In this document: positions 57,176-64,000 of the stretch, in pieces
How the letters are laid out: each line of letters begins with the position of its first letter
How positions within the stretch are numbered: position 1 is the first letter of the stretch
From: Blastocystis sp. Blastoise
Taxonomy: Eukaryota > Protista > Bigyra: Opalinata
Assembly: GCA_039096225.1 (NCBI GenBank)
Contig: JBBPEB010000025.1
Location: 558,001-622,000, forward strand
Direction: 5' to 3'
Length of the DNA: 64,000 nt
Notes under the pieces: generated by a model
The model's input: only the letters and a program-made list of their open reading frames with translations
The model's database searches: none
What the model was told of the DNA's origin: nothing
Made by a program: the position numbers and the translations under genes

Positions 57176-57959
57176 ATAAATAATCTTTTTAAAATATTAT
57201 TATAAAAAAATTATGAAAAAGAACTTGTTTCAAATTATTTTCTCTTTAAGTATTTCTTTTTAAACTATTAATCAAATTGAATATATTTATTAGTTTATAA
57301 AAATACTATTTGTGTACCTTAATCTATTCGTGATAATATAGTTGATATATTTACAGTGAAAATGACTTTTTCAAACTCAAAAATTGAACAAATTAGGTCA
57401 AAAAATGAATATATTTATGTATATAAATATCCTATTTTATTGCTGATATACTATGTGAAAATATCATATATAACTGATAGAGAAGAAAACGTAATATATC
57501 ATTATACAAAAAATTGTTCTCATATTCTATAAACACTAGTTTCTTTTTGTACTATAAAAAGTCTAATGTAGTGAATAGTGTTCAATCAATAGCTACTTGA
57601 AGAAATGGTTCACATTCAACATAACATGTATCTTGATTCTATCCTTATTTGTATTGTATGTATCTCAAAATGGTATGTGTCTTCAGTTACACAACTCTAA
57701 ACATGATTTTTCAAGCATTGATTTTTAATAATTGTAAACTATTAAATTGATGAAATAATCAATCCACAATACGATATATAGAACCTGTAGTAATAAATAA
57801 AGTCAATTGAAGAAGAGTTCTCATATCCTATAGACAGATTCCTGCAAAGAAGAAAAAGAGAGCCACCAAACCATCCGTTAAAAGAACGAAAAGACTCTTT
57901 TTTTTATCCACTTATTTTTATTTTTTATAAGGCAACAAAAAATTTATATGAGACCAACA

Positions 57960-58250
57960 TTAATGTACCAATAGGGACATATGGATGTTAAAAAACACTA
58001 AAAACCAACCAATAATTGATCAAATTGGGACCAAAAATTTTCTAATCTTATTTAAACAATGGTCATTTTTCTTATTCAATAGAATTCCTTGAAAGTGGTT
58101 ACTATTCCCCTGTTTTTTTAATTTTTTCCTTTGATTGGAGATTCATTGAAAAAGATGAGGAATTCTGTTGACCAATAATCTTGCTTCTTTCTCGATGACG
58201 AACCTAGTGACGCAGTTCTCCTTTGAAGCTTCTAATTATTCTGGAAGAGC
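57960..58250. promoter_or_regulatory. Candidate promoter of the acetate-CoA ligase with multiple CCAAT boxes and TGACG sites
   Basis: CCAAT/ATTGG at 57968, 58009, 58024, 58134 and 58172; ATGACG at 58195; GTGACG at 58207. Confidence 0.45.
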
Positions 58251-58337
58251 CTTCTATCTATGGGTAACAAGGCATATATATTTTTTAATAAATATATTAA
58301 TATCTTTTCTATAAATTATATTTTTATATAATTAAAC

Positions 58338-61076
58338 ATGCAACGTAAAGATTCTATTGTTTGGGATGTTACTGGTAGTCAATATGAAGATGCTTTCAAG
58401 ATCTCTGGTACCAATGAATTAGAAGCTCTTTTCAGCCCTAATAATGTAGCTCTTATTGGTGCTACTGATAGAATTGGATCTGTCGGTCAAACTATTCTCT
58501 TCAACCTTATTACTTCTCCTTTTGGTGGTGGTGTTATTCCCATTAACCCTAAGAAATCTAAGGTTCTTGGTATCCCCGCTTATAAGAACATTAAGGATGT
58601 TCCTGAACATGTAGACTTAGCTATTATTTGCATTCCTTCTAAGGCCGTTCTTGGTTCTGTTAGAGATTGTGGTGAAGCTGGTGTTCGTGGTATTATTGTT
58701 ATTTCTGCTGGTTTCAAAGAAGTTGGTCCTGAAGGTTTAAAGATGGAACAAGATGTTGTTGCTGAAGCTAAGAAACATCATATGAGAGTTATTGGACCTA
58801 ACTGTCTTGGTTTAATGAGACCCCCGACCGGTCTTAATGCTTCTTTTGCTAACCATATGGCTCTTAAGGGTCACGTTGGTTTCATTTCTCAATCTGGTGC
58901 TCTTATGACTGCTATTCTTGATTGGTCTCTTAAGGAAGGTCTTGGTTATTCTGCTTTCATTTCTATTGGTTCTATGGCTGATATTGATTTCTCTGATCTT
59001 ATCTATTACTTAGGTGATGATGAAGAAACCCACTCTATTCTTATTTATATGGAATCTATTGGTAACGCCTCTGCTTTCTTATCTGCTGCTCGTGAAGTTG
59101 CTCTCCGTAAACCTATTATTGTTATTAAGCCTGGTCGTTCTGCTGCTGCTGCTCAAGCTGCTGCTTCTCACACTGGTTCTCTTACTGGTTCTGATGATGT
59201 CCTCACTGCTGCTTTCAAGAGAGTTGGTGTCGTTCGTGTCAATACTATTGAAGAACTCTTCTACATGGCTGATGTCTTAGATAAACAACCTAGACCTCAA
59301 GGTCCTAGACTTTCTATTATTACCAACGCTGGTGGTCCCGGTGTCATCTGTACCGATGAACTTGTCACTGGAGGTGGTGCTCTTACTCACATTTCTGATG
59401 AAGCTATGGCTGCTTATAACTCCTTCCTTCCTTCTGCTTGGTCTCATCACAATCCTATTGATATTTTAGGTGATGCTTCTCCTGCTGTTTATGCTGAATC
59501 CCTTAAGGTTGCTGGTTCTGATGCTAACTCTGATGGTATGCTTGTCATTCTTACTCCTCAATCTGTTACTAAACCTACTGAAACTGCTAGAGAACTTACC
59601 AAATATGCTCATATTCCTGGTAAACCAGTTCTTGCTGCTTGGATGGGTGGTGTTTTCTTAGATGAAGGTAGAAAGATTCTCAGAGAAGCTGGTATTCCTG
59701 CTTTCGGTTATCCTGATGCTGCTGCTAAGATTTTCAATTATATGTGGGAATATTCTTCTAATCTTGAATCCCTTTATGAAGTCCCTGCTGTTCCTATGGG
59801 TAAAGCTAATCAACAAAAGGCTGCTAAGCTTATTGCTGATGTCATTGCTTCTGGTAGAAATCTTCTTACTGAAGCTGAATCTAAGGAACTTCTTGCTTCT
59901 TATGGTATCCCCACTGTTCAAACTCTTATTGCTGAAACTGCTGAAGATGCTGCTAAGCTTGCTGATTCTATGGGTTATCCCGTTGTTGTTAAACTTAATT
60001 CCGAAACTATTACTCACAAATCTGATGTTGGTGGTGTCCAATTAAATCTTAAGAATGCTGAACAAGTTAAGGAAGCTTTCAATACTATTAAATCTAATCT
60101 TGAAAAATTAGGTAAAGTTGATGGATTCCAAGGTGTTACTGTTCAACTTATGCTTAATCTTTCTGAAGGTTATGAAGTTATTTTCGGTTGTAATAATGAT
60201 CCTCAAGTTGGTCCTATTATTGTTTTCGGTACTGGTGGTACTCTCGTTGAAGTCTACAAAGATTCTTCTATGACTCTTCCTCCTGTAAATACTACTCAAG
60301 CTCGTAACTGCATGAAACAAACTAAGATTTACAAGGCTCTTCAAGGTGTTCGTGGTAAGAAGGGTTGTGATCAAAATAAATTAGATCAAGTCTTTGTCCG
60401 TTTCTCTGAATTAGTTTCTGATCAACATTGGATTAAGGAACTTGATATTAACCCTATGTTTGTATCTGAAAATCATATTGTTGCTCTTGATGCTCGTGTT
60501 GTCTTATATGCTCCTGGTACTCCTGAAGAAAAACTTTCTCATCCTGCTATTCGTCCTTATCCTTATCAATATTGTTCTGAATTCACTGGTAAGACTGAAA
60601 CTTATGAAATCAGACCTATTCGTCCTTCTGATATTCCTGCTATGAAGGCTTTCGAAGAAACTCTTTCTGAAGAAACTGTTAAGAACTACTTTGCTAATGA
60701 TCTTGCTCTTGAAAAGAGATTAAGCCATAGCAGACTTATTCCTTCTTGTTTCATCGATTATGAAAGACAAATTGCTTTAGTTGCTGAAACTAAGACTGAA
60801 AATGGTGAAACCATTATTGCTGGTACTGGTCGTATTTGTAAGGTTCCTAATACTAACGTTGGTCGTCTCCTCGTTTGTGTTTCTGATAAACATCAAAAGA
60901 ATGGTTTAGGTAAGTACTTCGTTGAACAAAGTATTAAGGTTGCTCAAGAAGAAAAACTTTCTCTTGTTTTCACTAAATTCAACAAGAATAATACTGCTTT
61001 CAAGAATCTCCTTGAAAAGTATGAATTTACTTTTGAAGAAGAAGGTGATAACGTTGTTGCTATCAAAAAGTTTTAA
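58338..61076 (+). CDS. ADP-forming acetate-CoA ligase (fused alpha-beta) with C-terminal GNAT domain; intronless, bacterial-type
   Basis: CoA-binding [14 protein letters not shown]; IGPNCLG; SQSGAL; AASHTGSL (phospho-His); TNAGGPG; NPIDILGDA; ATP-grasp [10 protein letters not shown] and ELDINP; linker PAIRPYP; [12 protein letters not shown] and [11 protein letters not shown]. Confidence 0.93.
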   Translation: MQRKDSIVWDVTGSQYEDAFKISGTNELEALFSPNNVALIGATDRIGSVGQTILFNLITSPFGGGVIPINPKKSKVLGIPAYKNIKDVPEHVDLAIICIPSKAVLGSVRDCGEAGVRGIIVISAGFKEVGPEGLKMEQDVVAEAKKHHMRVIGPNCLGLMRPPTGLNASFANHMALKGHVGFISQSGALMTAILDWSLKEGLGYSAFISIGSMADIDFSDLIYYLGDDEETHSILIYMESIGNASAFLSAAREVALRKPIIVIKPGRSAAAAQAAASHTGSLTGSDDVLTAAFKRVGVVRVNTIEELFYMADVLDKQPRPQGPRLSIITNAGGPGVICTDELVTGGGALTHISDEAMAAYNSFLPSAWSHHNPIDILGDASPAVYAESLKVAGSDANSDGMLVILTPQSVTKPTETARELTKYAHIPGKPVLAAWMGGVFLDEGRKILREAGIPAFGYPDAAAKIFNYMWEYSSNLESLYEVPAVPMGKANQQKAAKLIADVIASGRNLLTEAESKELLASYGIPTVQTLIAETAEDAAKLADSMGYPVVVKLNSETITHKSDVGGVQLNLKNAEQVKEAFNTIKSNLEKLGKVDGFQGVTVQLMLNLSEGYEVIFGCNNDPQVGPIIVFGTGGTLVEVYKDSSMTLPPVNTTQARNCMKQTKIYKALQGVRGKKGCDQNKLDQVFVRFSELVSDQHWIKELDINPMFVSENHIVALDARVVLYAPGTPEEKLSHPAIRPYPYQYCSEFTGKTETYEIRPIRPSDIPAMKAFEETLSEETVKNYFANDLALEKRLSHSRLIPSCFIDYERQIALVAETKTENGETIIAGTGRICKVPNTNVGRLLVCVSDKHQKNGLGKYFVEQSIKVAQEEKLSLVFTKFNKNNTAFKNLLEKYEFTFEEEGDNVVAIKKF

Positions 61077-61280
61077 ATAAATTGTATCTTGCGTTGTTTG
61101 TGTGCTTAAAATAAATTGATGTTTTTTTCAATTAAAATAGTTATTTAATTTTATTTTCATTATTTTTTTTTTTTTTGTTTTATTTTGTTCATATTGAAAT
61201 ATGAATGATTAACCATTTTTGGAAAACAAAAATCAAATTATAATAAACAGTTTACGTGTATTATATATAAAAGTTTTTCA

Positions 61281-63956
61281 TTACTGTTTGGTTGTTTGAA
61301 GAGAGGAGTAAAATCTATAATCCAATATACTATTTAGATAATATGAATATACTCTTTTAATGAATTGAATGCAACTTTATAATCTGTAGATACGGTGATA
61401 TTTTTGTTGATCCAATCAGGTAATAAGGAGATGAGATAGGTCTGTTTGAATCGTTTATCGAGAAATACTATAGCTGCCCAATCATCTTTGTGTCTTAATG
61501 CTCTTCCAACACTTTGATTGGTTGCTTTCATACATAGATTTATATAGTATTGTTGACCTGTCGACTATATATAGAGGTATATAAAAATGAAATATAAGTA
61601 ATAGTATACTTGTTTCGATATTATTGTATTTGAAGAGAGTTGATCTATATATAAGTATATTATTAGAGAATAATATATATATTATTATGATTATTAATTA
61701 TATACAAGGATGTTGATTCAGATAATTCATTTTTTCTTTTATAATAATATCATATACATTAGGAAAAGGCACTCCCATCATTATTACACATCTAGCAAGT
61801 TCATCACTAAAGTTAATGCCTTCAGACAGTTTACCGCCAACAACAGAAAAAAGGGCGGCATTTTTTGTTGAATGAACACTTTCTGTATATTTTCTAAAAT
61901 ATAGAAATAATAAGTAGATTATATAAAATATTAATAATAATATAAAAAAATATTTATTATAATATAAGCAAATTCAAATAATAATATATTAATTATAATA
62001 TATATATAATAATAGCATATAAATAAATATATATAAATAATGATAATAATATATAAACATAATAGTATATAAATAATAATAACATGTATAGTAGAATATA
62101 CACAAGTATATCGTCACATTCTTTGGTTCCCCGCGGTTCAACGAATATCTCCTTCTTCTTATGTAAAACATCATAAAAATTGTGTGTTTTGAGGAGTTGA
62201 ATATAGTCTGAAAGTGACTGAAATGAAGGAAAGAAAAGGACAATTCCCTAAAAATAGTGAAGTAACAATATATACCGATGTGAAAGATGAAATAATTTTT
62301 TTTACATATATTCATAAATTTATTCTTATATAATATATATACACCAGGGGTAATAGTAAATAGCGATCGAAGAACATTAATAGAGTCTAAATACTATATA
62401 TATATATATATATATAGAAATAATAATACCTATCTTTATAATTATAAAGAATATAAATTACTATACTTGATTAATTAATTAATATTCAAAATAAAAAATA
62501 TAACTTACCATTTCTGTATTCCCACGATTTTTAAAAGAAAATTCAAATTCTTTGCCTGAAGGTCCTGAAGTTATAATAATGGGTTTAAATTGTTTTGGCG
62601 GGACAATATGAGGGAGAGAAAGGGTTGTAATGGTGGCAGGATCTTTGGCGGGAAAAAGGGAACAAGTAAGATCAGATATCTATATATATAAACTATATTA
62701 TCTACTGTGATGATGCGTACAATAGTATTATGTATATAATAATATTTTTAAATGAAAATGGAATATATATATATATTTAATTGTATACAGGTTTTAGTGT
62801 CCCTCCAGTAAAGAGAATACTCCATGCTTGTTCTTCAATTTCTCTATATAGATGAATATATAATATAATATAATATAATATAATATAAGTTGTCTATATA
62901 CTTGAAATAAGAAGCTGGGTTGAGATTAATATATTTAATAGAAACACTAGTAATGTCTGTACTTGAAGAAGGAGTATATATACATATTCGACCATTCTAT
63001 AGAATAAGTATAATAATAATAATAGAAATAGAAATGATGATTGTAATATATTATAATAATACTATAATATTATTATACATTATCACTGTTTTTTAAACTA
63101 AGAATAAATTGAAAAACAGTTGGAAAATAAGATCTATAATAACGGGAATCCACTTTATTTGTAGTCATTGATTGTTTTTCACATTTTACTTCGTTCTCTT
63201 TTTCCTTCTCTTGTTTTTGTTCTAAACGATCACAAAAACCATTGAGCTAATAAAATATGTATATAGTATAATGATTCATATAATATATTATAATACTATG
63301 ATAAATAAATGTAAATATTCAAATAATAACAACTATTAATAGATTTATAATAATCATTTTTTTATACTTTACGAAATAAGTTAGCTTTCTTAATATATGT
63401 ATTTATAGAGTATATATTTATATCTTCTAATTCTAATAGTATTAGTATATCACTAACGGAATATACAGGCTTTGATACTATATATATTTTATAGTTATAA
63501 TAAGAATATGTAACAAATAAAAATATAGTATACTCATAAAATACAAGAATATTCGAATGAAATAAATAGTTTATATATATATTATATATAATGTATATAC
63601 ACTCTTTCTTCTCAATTTTATCAAATAATAATAAAAGTTTATTTAAAATCATTAGTAGTTGTTGTATATAGAATATATTCCTTCCTCTTAAGCGTAACTT
63701 ATAACGATCAAGATAATTTTGCAACTGAAATAAACTACTATCAACCTATTATAAATCATTATATATATATATATATATATTTATAAAAGGTTCTAATCAG
63801 ATTAAGGAATCAGTCATAATAAATAAAAATATGGACTAAAACAATAATTATAAATAATATATATATATATACATGATATCTTTCTAATGATGGACTATAT
63901 ATATCATTTAATGAATCGATAACATTATGAGCTTCATCAAATATTATTACACTATT

Positions 63957-63987
<31 letters not shown>

Positions 63988-64000
63988 AATATATATAACA
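61281..64000 (-). CDS. DDX11: DDX11/Chl1 XPD-family DNA helicase; 3' part, multi-exon, 5' end outside the window
   Basis: [102 protein letters not shown]; TAA 61281. Confidence 0.92.

Noticed and set aside
59014-60645. Leu-rich overlapping ORFs within the ligase, legumain and surface-protein genes
   Set aside because: Shadow frames produced by strong NNT codon bias.
62590-62660. Two TTTGGCGGG E2F-like sites in DDX11
   Set aside because: They lie in a mid-gene coding exon and are explained by Pro/Ala codons.

Overview
Very AT-rich, intron-rich eukaryotic DNA from an anaerobic protist. The gene content (legumain, Ig/discoidin-repeat membrane proteins, presequence-bearing SDHA, FNT, minor-type intron) suggests a Blastocystis-like stramenopile; this taxon call is inference. 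Genes left to right: PP4R3/SMEK (partial), ING PHD protein, a ~16 kb TSC2/tuberin with long poly-Asn inserts and one AT-AC intron, an unknown helical protein, a formate/nitrite transporter, then a ~3.5 kb inverted duplication. Each arm carries SDHA plus a 3-exon, 73-aa membrane-protein gene missing from the ORF track. The arms bracket a 12 kb cassette (large surface protein + legumain). After them come a second surface-protein paralog, a degenerate DH-PH-FYVE gene, an intronless bacterial-type ADP-forming acetate-CoA ligase-GNAT fusion, and DDX11/Chl1 (partial). Most notable: (1) the two near-identical SDHA copies differ by exactly two adjacent introns, one of which ends in TG rather than AG; (2) many introns are essentially G(TA)n...(TA)nG microsatellite hairpins; (3) the hidden micro-gene is supported by synonymous-biased differences between its copies; (4) TGACG + CCAAT motifs recur upstream of the intron-poor, codon-biased genes. 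All exon models were spliced by eye. No rRNA, tRNA, CRISPR or transposase was seen.
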